IMG/VR virus record: IMGVR_UViG_3300025168_000365
Location: 1-31,927 of that record
Length of the DNA: 31,927 bases
From: a virus
Taxonomy: Duplodnaviria; Caudoviricetes
Direction: 5' to 3' (one strand)
Below the pieces are notes generated by a model. It worked only from the letters and a program-made list of their open reading frames with translations. It did no database searches and was not told the DNA's origin. The position numbers and the translations under genes were made by a program. This document shows, piece by piece, positions 11,001 through 18,831 of this stretch; position 1 is the stretch's first letter; every line of letters starts with the position of its first letter.

Positions 11001-11420
11001 TACCCAAGAGACGACGGTATGCTAACTCGGCGCGGGGATGCCATGTATGAAGACGTATCGTCTGGTGAACTGTTTGCTCAGTTCTTAGGATTCCCGCCTA
11101 CGGAATATATGAACCGCATGGAAGAGTCGTCTAAAGCCAAACGTATGGACGACGCGGCTTTTAGTAAACGATCTAAACTACTTAAAAGATTCTATGTAGC
11201 CATGCGTTTTGGTGACAGCGAAGCAGTAAAAGAAGCTATGGATGATATGATGAAGTTTAATAGCTCTAGCGCTGCTAAAGCGAACGCTAAACTTTTCATA
11301 AACAATAAGACAATAAGGCGGTCGCTTAAATCTCACCAAAGAACCACACTACTGATGCACAACGGTGTGCTGTTATCTTCCGCTATGAAGTCGGCAGTAG
11401 AGTCAGAAGGGTTTTTCTAA
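5049..11420 (+). CDS. Large polyvalent virion/ejected protein with zincin metallopeptidase (MPTase-like) and PLxRFG-like domains
   Basis: GTG start overlaps the upstream TAG. LLHEMTH (HExxH at 8151-8165) is followed by EEFVAEA. YFPLTRKG (9144-9167) resembles the PLxRFG motif. The N-terminal region is Gly/Ala-rich and membrane-like. Confidence 0.7.
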   Translation: MAQVDLARLEDAFMQAHNAGDTEAATVLAAEVRRRRTEEPDLGEIFAQNQVRYAAPKETGVFEDLTSGFGAGAVNVGEMASLGAVAILDEEAELAAREKIKAAADYIRPEGGDPESFSYGLGQAFGSIAGIAAPAAIAGVAGAPTLAATGIAGLLGVGASAGEASERARESGATEEERGAATLRGAPIGLLEILPIARFVKSVDLPLLNKLVDKLGPEKVETIGEKIYSAGITGGYEGAQEIASEALQNLNQKEYDATVETFAGAEEAFTYGSIAGGLLDLFLGGSRRARDFDRTPEGLAAIEKEKEQERISSQDRRSAEAQSILAEEQAEITAEEPTATAPKLGLIDKESEKNRVNVRLALAKANNVAPKEITEEQVDDYIDGINIKKGPKKGAKATSKKRKRKNKVERIEDITGQKGFTDEDVDDVNAFIATTETSTEEQKQAAKNKIKAQDERQQAKLAADRGQVTEATTTSEATDAVAETTSDDTTTSDAIEVGAKPVEVDAEATEAVAETTSEATETVAETTSDDTTEVDAEPVITRKKTDAGDPYQLVEFGTDSYEIFKEPNKPEWYDRNDLGGPTGGYLGKNRTEAIQKLKERRAGTPPAPPAALPPPAANTTAATETAAETVTDPTSERKILKLRPGATQKRIKAAAAKRAAADKKAAARITPAQGVPAPTIETNTDGDYPEYTFKFEDGTEYKGVMKGNEILIDGVPEEEFKAFTPKEAAKKLQARQARVSQESQAAKAMITGKSLDAKNTDTDTTPQKSMDEVVDGVNITREKELAKDAKAVEADRDLDPEKITPSERKELNASRKANKLVPTLFKYFSEAIDVGKNKQSTDAAASSYTEKEAITHAREMMEGGERATKARLILEARKLGAAKDVAIEYAENQVLGRNAGINIDPTQNNLLGIPVKGVTAPLTETTLAALRAGDLKAALQDVAKNSTNPRIKLIANLLSKMVGDTKVLLSRTTKNLPENATEAEKLIAKRVSKSVDGYPVYGFYSRGQFGEIDLDNTIVINEDIPAAMSVHTLLHEMTHAATIQALRNPTKGAAATQIIKLFKDVKGQLKGQYGATDVEEFVAEAFGNLAFHKELSRFSIKGERLNVMQRFVNGIRALFKRPPLKGNASKELDVLIEQLLAPAPQSIGAGSFNYMTANAVGKAVREAAEAAAGSKKRSTLIRDIKGAFSGPGNPALTKAKKIFFRFLPNASIADYAKSDQMNGAQEILDQIDVQRGDLTAAEASTRKTLLPILEWANKATKTMSDRFNNIVYDSTIAEVDPTKDASEYTGKKLKEWTRLRNEYNKLDKEGQETYVKLRDFYKNQYAELLKVLEGRIDSLSVDESVRKNLKNELLAKMLEASKLEPYFPLTRKGTYFLAVKEKKGGRNSAVFSYESNGERQEAMEFFDGEGLEVDIFDPNDKSNYNGDSVPPAFVSEVLDILNQQPNVDAETKEQITRLFIQALPESSFAKGLQRRKKTEGFDKDAFEAVRTKGYDLARQTVRIKNSALIGSYIETFKANAKIGKYDQVLVDEVVDRGQFSINPPVDNYAKMANRAAFLFTIGFNASSALVNLSQIPLFAYPMLAGRYGYKEANAAFKDAAILFVNTPFSQTQQTIFGDARAPRSVRAALKGNNKLKDALTALQDKAQPSLDNYYTVTRSSNGKRLYTVREDLNLSKDQITQLNSIKPLVELSARRGQLGTSFIAETLSVDSSGRNISKMDWITNQSALMFHNAEVMNRQVTLMAAYNLALNKALKGKGTVSPTERAAAEAAAAEEAVFETTQINGGANLETGPRFARSGIGRVILMYKNYGITMYYKMLKTAWQGAKAQYNGDTKEARVAFKQLAGIHVSVLLLAGVQGMPLFGLISSIVDTFFTDDDEEDFETYVRKALNSNTLYKGALSEITGLDVSKRVALTNLLVEADRFNADPSPEETIAHYFGGPATSVGIRVYEGFGEIFSADGDGERGFESILPGAFRNAYRALYRYPRDDGMLTRRGDAMYEDVSSGELFAQFLGFPPTEYMNRMEESSKAKRMDDAAFSKRSKLLKRFYVAMRFGDSEAVKEAMDDMMKFNSSSAAKANAKLFINNKTIRRSLKSHQRTTLLMHNGVLLSSAMKSAVESEGFF
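6450..6660 (+). repeat. Imperfect intragenic tandem repeats (EAT(E/D)AVAETTS-type)
   Basis: GAGGCTACTGA and GTTGCAGAAACTACTTC units recur at least 3 times, along with GAGGTTGATGCCGA duplicates. Confidence 0.85.
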
Positions 11421-11452
11421 AACTTACCCCCCACCGAGAGGAAGGGGGTAAG
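11419..11452. terminator. Hairpin between the convergent late and early/replication arms; probable terminator
   Basis: 9-bp stem CTTACCCCC (11423-11431) / GGGGGTAAG (11444-11452) with a 12-nt loop. A short T-run follows on the - strand. Confidence 0.5.
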
Positions 11453-11496
11453 CCGGTCGGAGAACCTAGTAGCATTGCGCTACGTCTCATATGGTA

Positions 11497-11736
11497 TCAT
11501 ACAGTCCGCCAAACCCGTACACCTAGTTTACCACTCTCTGTCCGCACTCTGTGCTCCATACCCCATTCTTTACGGTGCATTATAACCTGTGCCTGTGTAC
11601 GCGCAGCTTCTGTGTTTATACATGGTACAAAAACGGACATCCCTACTAACATCTTATCCCAATTGACTACTACTCGTACCCCGTCTGGCGCGAGGTCGTC
11701 TAGCTTAAGCACACCGTTGTCTACAGTCTTAGGCAC
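11497..11736 (-). CDS. Small phage hypothetical protein
   Basis: 79 aa; GTG start coupled to the upstream stop; ends GKLGVRVWRTV. Confidence 0.6.
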   Translation of the reverse strand: MPKTVDNGVLKLDDLAPDGVRVVVNWDKMLVGMSVFVPCINTEAARTQAQVIMHRKEWGMEHRVRTESGKLGVRVWRTV

Positions 11737-12032
11737 TAATTACCTCTACCTAAAACTTTGTACCCCCCAACACGAGTTAACTCATACCTGTAAGATATAT
11801 TGTACACCGCAGCGGGGGCTAACCCAGTCTGCTGGGCTATCTTAGCCCTTGGTATACCTTCCGCTTGCGCGTTTAACACCGACATAATCTCTTCTGGTTT
11901 TAAATTACGCCTAAACTTACCTTGTTCTGCACGCTCTATAGGGTCTGTGTGCAGTCTCTTCCCCCGTTCTTTGCCCACTTCTAGTGCTGTGTTTTGGGCG
12001 CGGATAGCCGCTAAGAATTTCTTACTCATCAT
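11736..12032 (-). CDS. Helix-turn-helix DNA-binding protein
   Basis: GIPRAKIAQQTGLAPAAVYNI is a typical HTH pattern. Confidence 0.65.
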   Translation of the reverse strand: MMSKKFLAAIRAQNTALEVGKERGKRLHTDPIERAEQGKFRRNLKPEEIMSVLNAQAEGIPRAKIAQQTGLAPAAVYNISYRYELTRVGGYKVLGRGN

Positions 12033-14838
12033 TGTCCTCTTGTGTTTGTTCTACAAGGCAGTTCACTATGATCACGTCAGTAGGGGGTAAGTTCATGTGA
12101 GTGCCTTTGCTCAGACGCATTTTAGATTTTTTAGCCCCCATCTTTTCTGTAAGGGATTCAATAAAAGCTGCGTAGTTTATTTGCTGTTTACCACACCACT
12201 CACGTAGGGGCTTAGGTACTAGGTAAGCGCGTTTTAAGTCCGTCTCGTACCTAGCTACCAGCCTAGCCCTTGGGTTAACGTCTGGTATGACTAGCGTGTC
12301 TAACCCGTTCCCGTTCTGTTTACGTAGGTCATCGGTGCTTCTAATCCACAGAACATTGCCATAATGATCATTCATGTAGTCATTAAGCGTTTGCTCCGCC
12401 GAGTGGGTCATGTCCTCTATCCCTTTTTTATTGGTTCTAAGTACTTCAAGTATCCACTTATATACTGGCTTACTTTTGTAGGGTAGTAGCCCCAAGTTCC
12501 TGCATATAATCAACGCGGACAGGGTACACGCTGCACCAGCTGACCAGAATCGGTTTTCTGCTGCTAGTCCAGCCTCGGTGTCTATTTTTACTTGAACCCT
12601 TTTAAGTAGGCTAGTCACCTCCTCTAAGTTGTTAATAACATACTGTACAAACGGCACTCCTGCATGACCGTAATGCTTCAACACGTTAGACTGAAACTCA
12701 TCAGTGAGGGTTTTGGTCTGGGCATCTTTGAAGTGTTTGCTTATTTTATACTCAAGAATACGCTGAGATTCGGCCTTGGGCGCTTTCTTATACAGCATTA
12801 TCTTTTCTATCAAGCTGGCGTTACCTGTGGACACCGCCATAAAACTCCACGCAGGGCCGTTGTACCGTTCTACGTTAGCCCCGCTGGTTAGCCTACGTTT
12901 CTGCCTACCAGCATAGTACTGGTATGCTAGGTCGCTAAGTTCTTTTGGGGCCATGTTAGTAAGCTCATCTAAGAATAGCGGGACACTGTGGTACACCTCT
13001 GCCCTGTTCATCTTAGTGTTGTAGGTATCTTCTTTCTCTAATATAAGTTCTTCTGGGTTCCCCCACACGCCTAGCCCCGCAAACTGAGCGGTGGTCTTAC
13101 CAAAACCGGAATCGTCACTGTGTACGTGCAACACAGAACACGCAACGGGCATTAGCTGCATGAGTGCAGAGCCGAACGAAGCCCCCATAATATATTGGTA
13201 GGGTTCTTGCCCCTTCTCGTTCAAGAAAGCAGCCATATCTTTCCAGCCCGACAAAGAACCTTTTGCGTCAAACGCTGGGAACATAGCTACAGTATTGGAG
13301 GCTGGCGGGTTGAACTCTATACGGTCAGCAAATATCTCTTGATTACCGAGTACAAAAGACTCCATCGCATCGCTAGTCCAGCCAAACTGCCGGTGAGCCA
13401 CGTCCGCTGTAGCCATAGCTTGTAGTTCGTTTACCCAAGTAGTTGTATATTGCATAAGTTCATCCATCTTGTTTACCGCCACGCCTTGCATACTCATGTT
13501 CTTACGAAACTCCTCTCGGGACGTAACAGCAGTTAGTGGCACAGTAAACTCTCGCACCCCGTCTTTTGGTAGGTGAAGCCGCATCACTATAGCCTCACCA
13601 ATCTCCACATCAACCACACGCTTAACTACATAAAAATCATTGTGGTATATAAGACGTTCCTCTGCTTCCCCATCAACATTCCGTGCCCTTATGTATATAC
13701 CTCCGTTGGCCCCCCGAAAGTAAGGGCTTGGGTAGTCTGGAATAGTGTATGTCTGCACTGGAGCGTTCGGTAGCGTAGCTGATGGGGCTTCTACTATGTT
13801 ATCTTCGCCCTCTGCCGCGATTACGTTCTTGCCTAAAATAATGGGCGATTTTATCTTGTTCCAATGCTGGCACTGAGGGCACACATCGGGGTTAAACTCA
13901 TCAAACTTAACGCACAGGTACGGCCCTTTTATCTGCTGTACTTTCGCTGCCGTAGCTTCTTCCGAGTAACCCTCGTGCCCTTTAGATATATATTGTGCGG
14001 CTTTCTCTCCGTCAGAGCAGAATTTTGCTATAGACAGTCCAGCTCGCCACATAGGCTCTGTAGTAGTTTCTTTATCTGTTGCGATTAATTCAAGCTGCTT
14101 ACACCCAGTACCTGCGTTTATCTTCTTTACGATAGTACCAAATTTGTTTTCTACGTTACCCATCAGTGCTTGTAGCGTTGCGTTGGGGGTACGGTTTTCA
14201 ATCTTTGTAACCACTGGCATCAAGTTCTTGCCAAGCAACTCAGACAACACATCAAAATTAACGGGCGGGGGTAGCTCCACACCGTACTTAAATACTTCCG
14301 TAGGTGGTGAGGTCTTGTGGTTGTGCGTACCTAACGGGCGAAGTACCCGCGCAGCATCGGCGGTAACAGCTGGATCAGCTAAGAACTTATGTTTAGCGCA
14401 ACGGACTTTAAGTTGTTCCGCTACCGGCAACCACTCCTCTAGCGGGACGGCTTCTTCTAGTATCCAATATACATGTACCCCACGCCCAGAACTTACCATT
14501 AAAGGCTTAGGTAATTTCAAGTCGCGAACAAACTTACGTAGTTTGTCTATGGCTTCTTTTTGCGTTGTAAAATCTTTACTAGGCCCACAGTCCAAATCTA
14601 AAAATAAGGACTTTAAATTCTGTACGTTCTCTACTTTACGAGAACCTTTCTCCCTAAATGTAGCTAAGGCAAAATAAACGTCATACCCCTGCTGGTCTAG
14701 GATGTATGACTCATCTACTAGTTCATTAATTGTAGCGTAGAACTTCTGCGTCCTACGGTCTTTCTCAGTGTCGTTACCAAACAGGCAGTACCAACCACTG
14801 TCACTAAGCACCTCGCTTAGAAATTCTTTTGTTTCCAT
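12022..14838 (-). CDS. Primase (AEP/RepB-like) fused to a DUF927 helicase-like domain
   Basis: N-terminal LFLDLDC, VSSGRGVHVYW and RVLRPLGT primase motifs; Cys cluster CVKF..CPQC; P-loop SGFGKTT; Walker B LFLDE. Confidence 0.85.
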   Translation of the reverse strand: METKEFLSEVLSDSGWYCLFGNDTEKDRRTQKFYATINELVDESYILDQQGYDVYFALATFREKGSRKVENVQNLKSLFLDLDCGPSKDFTTQKEAIDKLRKFVRDLKLPKPLMVSSGRGVHVYWILEEAVPLEEWLPVAEQLKVRCAKHKFLADPAVTADAARVLRPLGTHNHKTSPPTEVFKYGVELPPPVNFDVLSELLGKNLMPVVTKIENRTPNATLQALMGNVENKFGTIVKKINAGTGCKQLELIATDKETTTEPMWRAGLSIAKFCSDGEKAAQYISKGHEGYSEEATAAKVQQIKGPYLCVKFDEFNPDVCPQCQHWNKIKSPIILGKNVIAAEGEDNIVEAPSATLPNAPVQTYTIPDYPSPYFRGANGGIYIRARNVDGEAEERLIYHNDFYVVKRVVDVEIGEAIVMRLHLPKDGVREFTVPLTAVTSREEFRKNMSMQGVAVNKMDELMQYTTTWVNELQAMATADVAHRQFGWTSDAMESFVLGNQEIFADRIEFNPPASNTVAMFPAFDAKGSLSGWKDMAAFLNEKGQEPYQYIMGASFGSALMQLMPVACSVLHVHSDDSGFGKTTAQFAGLGVWGNPEELILEKEDTYNTKMNRAEVYHSVPLFLDELTNMAPKELSDLAYQYYAGRQKRRLTSGANVERYNGPAWSFMAVSTGNASLIEKIMLYKKAPKAESQRILEYKISKHFKDAQTKTLTDEFQSNVLKHYGHAGVPFVQYVINNLEEVTSLLKRVQVKIDTEAGLAAENRFWSAGAACTLSALIICRNLGLLPYKSKPVYKWILEVLRTNKKGIEDMTHSAEQTLNDYMNDHYGNVLWIRSTDDLRKQNGNGLDTLVIPDVNPRARLVARYETDLKRAYLVPKPLREWCGKQQINYAAFIESLTEKMGAKKSKMRLSKGTHMNLPPTDVIIVNCLVEQTQEDNDE

Positions 14839-14847
14839 GACGTTTCA

Positions 14848-14925
14848 CCCAAAACCGAGAGACACTGTGGCAGGGGTGTCGGTACACCCTCTTCGGAAAT
14901 CCTAGCCACAGTAAGGGTTATTGGG
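14848..14925 (-). promoter_or_regulatory. Structured leader (possible pseudoknot) upstream of the primase gene
   Basis: Stem 14864-14871/14905-14912, inner hairpin 14875-14888, and internal loop 14889-14896 complementary to 14855-14861. Confidence 0.45.
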
Positions 14926-14927
14926 GA

Positions 14928-15662
14928 CTAGTCGTTGTCGTCCCAATCATCAATAACCGCAGCTATCTCAGCCTTCTCTTCTTTGGGGGCAACCGTCTTC
15001 TTGACTACTTTCTTAGGTTCTTTAACTGAAGCCTCGTCTTCGTCACCCCAATCGTCGTCGTCACTTACCTTTGCAGTGGTTGCTTGAGCGCCAAAAGGAC
15101 TCTCGTCATCACTTGCAGCAGCAACAAAACCACCTTCTACTGCACCAAACGGAGAAGTCTCTTTCCTAGGTACGTAGTTAGTGACTTGCACTGCTCTTAG
15201 TCGTAAGGAAACCCCTGTACCAGTTTTCATGTGGTAAGGCACAAAAGTTACATACAGGTTCACAGTGCTACCTGACGTTAACTGAAAATCCTCTGCGAGC
15301 GTTACGTTACTAGAGTCAACCTGCCTTGGTGCCGCAGTAGGTTCGCCATTATAAGCGCCCTTCAAACTGGCTTTGAAAGTAAGTCTACCGTCGTCTTCTT
15401 CAGTAAACGGCTTGTCAAACTTCACAGGCCACTTAGATTCGGCTTTCTGCCGCTCTTTGTATGCTGCACGCATCTCTTTCCACAGCGCGTCTGCGGTGTC
15501 TTCAGACATAATAAAATTAGTATCGTACGCTGCATTAGCTGCAAGCGGCTTGCACGGCATACTACGCCCTTCAGAATCGTCCCAGTTGTAAGTTTTATCT
15601 AGATGTGGGTACTTAGCTTCTACGCCGTTAATGAAATACCCTTCTGATTTTCCTTCAGCCAT
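14928..15662 (-). CDS. Single-stranded DNA-binding protein (T7 gp2.5-like)
   Basis: OB-fold-like GSTVNL...GVSLRLRAVQV segment, acidic C-terminal tail (IDDWDDND), and position in the replication module. Confidence 0.7.
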   Translation of the reverse strand: MAEGKSEGYFINGVEAKYPHLDKTYNWDDSEGRSMPCKPLAANAAYDTNFIMSEDTADALWKEMRAAYKERQKAESKWPVKFDKPFTEEDDGRLTFKASLKGAYNGEPTAAPRQVDSSNVTLAEDFQLTSGSTVNLYVTFVPYHMKTGTGVSLRLRAVQVTNYVPRKETSPFGAVEGGFVAAASDDESPFGAQATTAKVSDDDDWGDEDEASVKEPKKVVKKTVAPKEEKAEIAAVIDDWDDND

Positions 15663-15689
15663 CTTGTGTTCTCCTAAATATCTTATTAA

Positions 15690-16370
15690 TTAAATAGCTT
15701 TACTAGCTACAAACCCTTCTACTTCACTAAACGGTGATACTGCGATGCTCCGTGCTTCCGGTACACTCATAGTTATCGCCTTTAGCGTGTCAGGGTGATG
15801 CTCTAACTCCGCTACTTCTTTTAGTTCGGTTGCGTCTAGAACCCGCATGGGCCTAAAACGTAACCTTGGTGCGTAACTGTTTTGTTCAAAACAAATCCTA
15901 GTTACGACAGCTATTGCGGGGGTGTCATGCCGAGCTAAGTGTTTTGCATAGTTCTGCATCGACAACCACCCGCGTTCTGCGGTACCAAACAAACTAGTTG
16001 CCGGTAACTGTAGTTGGTAAACGTCGTATAAGTTGTCTTCGTCAATAATAGCTACGGCTATCCTTTGTAAGAACTTACACGCACGCGAGTTACCTACGCC
16101 CGACCCTTTTATGTTCTGCTCACAAGTTATGCAGCTTGCAGCTTGCAACTGATCCGCAGGTACACTTCTATCAGGGACTTGAGTATCGGACGACCAGCAA
16201 CGGGGGTGGTTCCCTTTCGTGGGGTCGTACTCTAAACCATAGTGCAGTCTAGATATGCTGGCAGCATTAAGTATAACCACATCTAAGGTATCAGAGTCTA
16301 GTAAGACCTCCCTACCCTCTACGAGTTTGCGGAACCTACCGTCCCGTATACTAATACGCTTAACCGTCAT
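15690..16370 (-). CDS. Conserved phage replication-module protein with four Cys (putative Zn-binding, SSB-like/annealing accessory)
   Basis: Motifs RISI..GRF, PRCWS, CITCEQN, SRACK and LQLPATSLFG. Confidence 0.5.
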   Translation of the reverse strand: MTVKRISIRDGRFRKLVEGREVLLDSDTLDVVILNAASISRLHYGLEYDPTKGNHPRCWSSDTQVPDRSVPADQLQAASCITCEQNIKGSGVGNSRACKFLQRIAVAIIDEDNLYDVYQLQLPATSLFGTAERGWLSMQNYAKHLARHDTPAIAVVTRICFEQNSYAPRLRFRPMRVLDATELKEVAELEHHPDTLKAITMSVPEARSIAVSPFSEVEGFVASKAI

Positions 16371-16372
16371 CG

Positions 16373-16597
16373 CTATAGATCTTCGTCTATTTCAGTTTCT
16401 GGCTCTGGTTCAGTCCCAGTGCTACTGTTAAGCAGTGCCTCTGCCACGGCATCAAGCTGAAATCTAAACGTCTTACCAAGCTTTAGGTAGGTATTTGGGG
16501 GTATTTGTCCCTGTCTGACCCAAGCGCGTACAGTGCTTACTGACACCTTAAAGTGACTGGCTACTTCCCCGATCTCTACAAATGGCTGCGCCATCAT
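16373..16597 (-). CDS. Excisionase/MerR-like winged HTH protein
   Basis: EVASHFKVSVSTVRAWVRQGQIP..KLGKTFRF pattern. Confidence 0.8.
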   Translation of the reverse strand: MMAQPFVEIGEVASHFKVSVSTVRAWVRQGQIPPNTYLKLGKTFRFQLDAVAEALLNSSTGTEPEPETEIDEDL

Positions 16598-16995
16598 TTC
16601 TTCCTTACAGTTATTGTGTATTCTGAATTTACATTCAGCCCTTTTGGTAGTTTTTCTGGGTGCTCCTCCAAGTACTCTTTAACTACCCCCTGATTTAAAG
16701 TCTTAGCAAAAAACGCAGGTACGTTCTCTTTTACTATAAACTTGTGCATTTCTTCCCAGTCGTTAGTCCAGTACTTAGCCTTTGTACTACGGTAAAACAT
16801 ACCGGCTTCACTGCTAACACTTGTACTGCCTGTCGCTTGTAGGTGAGAAAGCATTTCTTTTTTGATGAGATCTAAACTACTTGAGAGCTTTTCATCTTCT
16901 TCGGTAAACGCGGCTTTTATCTCGCTACGTTTAGCCTTAATCTTCAAATAGACTCTAGTAAGTTTTTCCGCGTCGAACGCAGTCTCGTCACTCAT
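16594..16995 (-). CDS. Conserved phage coiled-coil protein
   Basis: 133 aa with a GGAG RBS, an N-terminal coiled coil and a C-terminal LPKGLNV..EYTITVRK. Confidence 0.6.
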   Translation of the reverse strand: MSDETAFDAEKLTRVYLKIKAKRSEIKAAFTEEDEKLSSSLDLIKKEMLSHLQATGSTSVSSEAGMFYRSTKAKYWTNDWEEMHKFIVKENVPAFFAKTLNQGVVKEYLEEHPEKLPKGLNVNSEYTITVRKK

Positions 16996-17043
16996 ATTGG
17001 TTCTCCTTATACCGTGTAGTGAACTATAATGCCATGTAGTTAC

Positions 17044-18579
17044 CTAATCAAGCACTTCTTTGTATAAATCAATCATCTTTGTGTGGGTGTCGATTCTATT
17101 GTCTAGTAGTGCGTACACGCGTTTTTCTGCAAACGAACCCTGCAACTGTACCACCGTGCATTTATGGTCTTGGCCTGATCTGTGTACGCGAGCGTTGGCT
17201 TGAGCGTAAATTTCTAAAGAGCTTGTTGGCCCCCACCACACCACCGTGTTCGCAGCGGTAAGGGTGACTCCGTGAGCCGCAGCTTGCGGTTGTATAACTA
17301 ATACTTGCGGTAAGTTCGTTGTTTGAAACCGTTTAAATATCTCAGTCCTCTTGGGTGCGCTTACGTCCCCACGTATTACTTCGGTAGGTATACCATCTTG
17401 GATTAGCTTCTCAGTGAGTAGATCAATAACATGTTTAAAGGGCACAAATATCAAAACCTTCTTGCTAGACTCGTCTATAACTTCCCGAAGTACCTTGTAC
17501 CTATGCCTAATATCAAACGCCAAAGAGTCTCCATCATCGGTGTACACCGCCCCAGCAGATATTTGTAGCAGCTTGTTCATGTTTACCGCTGCGTTTGCCG
17601 CAGTTATCTGCTCCCCACCCGCTTGCATGACCATCTTGTCTTTAAGTTCTTTATAATATTTCTTTTGTTGGCGGGTAAGTTCTACTTCTCGTTTGACATA
17701 AACCATGTCTGGTAGGTCTAAGCACTCGTCTTTAGTAAATCTTATCGCTGGCTGCAACGCTTGATAGACCGTATCTGTGGCAGACTCTTTGGGTACCCAC
17801 TTAAAGTTGGTGATCTTGTGCATGACTTGATCCCTAAACGAACCTTGGAATTTAGGAACAGAGTCGGGGTTAACAAGTTTAGCCAGCCCAAACGCGTCTA
17901 ATGGGCTTTGTGCAGCAGGGGTGCCGGTCATCATCCAGAGCCACGTTTGCGGAGTCATTAACTTGTTAAGAACTTTCCACCGCTTTGTTTGTGGGTTTTT
18001 GTAGTGAGTAGCCTCATCTATGATGATTAAGTCAAACCCTCCGTTGGCTATGGCATCCGCGACTATCTCCACCCCATCGTAGTTTATTATTACGAATTCA
18101 GCCCCGCCGCCTATTATCTTGCGGCGTTTCTCCGCTGCCCCGTAAGCGACATCTACTGTGCGGTGCATAGCAAAAGTAAACAGATCGTCGCGCCATGCGG
18201 ATTCCATAATCGAGAGTGGGCATATGACTAGCACGCGGTTTACACGCCCCTCATTCATAAGAAAGTCCGCTGCCCAGATCGCGCTAGCAGTCTTACCCGT
18301 CCCTTGCTCGTTAAAGCAGAAAGCTTTTTTGTTGAGGGTAAGGAACCCCGAAGTTGTTTTCTGGTGTTCAAATGGGGCGTGCTTACCTGTCCATTTGTAA
18401 CGCCCCTCAATGGGAGAAGGTATTTTAATATTTAAGTTCTTAAGAACATGCGCCTCATCTACACCCCAATTAACTATTACTTTGTTTCCTGTAAGTTCTT
18501 TACTTTTAGGTATCAAACTAGTCACCCTCTCCGGGTCACGTAGCTTAAGTAATACTGCTCGGTTCTTTAAAATTTGCAT
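17044..18579 (-). CDS. SNF2-family helicase
   Basis: EQGTGKT, IIDEATH, MTGTP, GVTLTAA and QANARVHRSGQ motifs. Start moved to ATG 18579 because of the GGAG RBS. Confidence 0.9.
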   Translation of the reverse strand: MQILKNRAVLLKLRDPERVTSLIPKSKELTGNKVIVNWGVDEAHVLKNLNIKIPSPIEGRYKWTGKHAPFEHQKTTSGFLTLNKKAFCFNEQGTGKTASAIWAADFLMNEGRVNRVLVICPLSIMESAWRDDLFTFAMHRTVDVAYGAAEKRRKIIGGGAEFVIINYDGVEIVADAIANGGFDLIIIDEATHYKNPQTKRWKVLNKLMTPQTWLWMMTGTPAAQSPLDAFGLAKLVNPDSVPKFQGSFRDQVMHKITNFKWVPKESATDTVYQALQPAIRFTKDECLDLPDMVYVKREVELTRQQKKYYKELKDKMVMQAGGEQITAANAAVNMNKLLQISAGAVYTDDGDSLAFDIRHRYKVLREVIDESSKKVLIFVPFKHVIDLLTEKLIQDGIPTEVIRGDVSAPKRTEIFKRFQTTNLPQVLVIQPQAAAHGVTLTAANTVVWWGPTSSLEIYAQANARVHRSGQDHKCTVVQLQGSFAEKRVYALLDNRIDTHTKMIDLYKEVLD

Positions 18580-18584
18580 TAACG

Positions 18585-18812
18585 CTCCCACGCAAAAAGG
18601 CGTGAAGGGGGTGTCCCCAACACGCAAAATGAATCAACCCCGCCTCTAGGATCACCGGACGGGAACGGTGTTGCAGCCCTGTTTCTCTACGTTTTGCCAC
18701 ACGCGAAGATTAAACTTCTAAGAAAAACAGGTTCCTTCAAATAGCCCCGCCTACTCGACCCCACGGACGGGAACGTGGATAATAGGAGGAGCTAGGTGGA
18801 ACTCCCCCTCGG
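18585..18812 (-). ncRNA. Putative structured RNA with a duplicated H-type pseudoknot and a three-way junction
   Basis: Two copies of stem-UUCCCGUC-stem...AGGCGGGG with different but complementary stems. An 11-bp helix 18678-18688/18721-18731 lies between them. Confidence 0.6.
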
Positions 18813-18831
18813 TCTGAACTTCTTACGTACG

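Noticed and set aside
11433-14861. ACCGAGAG shared by two intergenic hairpin regions
   Set aside because: Only 8 nt in two copies, which is compatible with chance.
16373-16597. Integration module implied by the excisionase-like gene
   Set aside because: No integrase, att site or tRNA is visible in the window.
18638-18778. HDV-like, hammerhead or guanidine-II/III identity for the pseudoknot repeats
   Set aside because: I could not build the HDV nested double pseudoknot, there is no CUGANGA/GAAA core, and the ACGG on the + strand is not a tetraloop.
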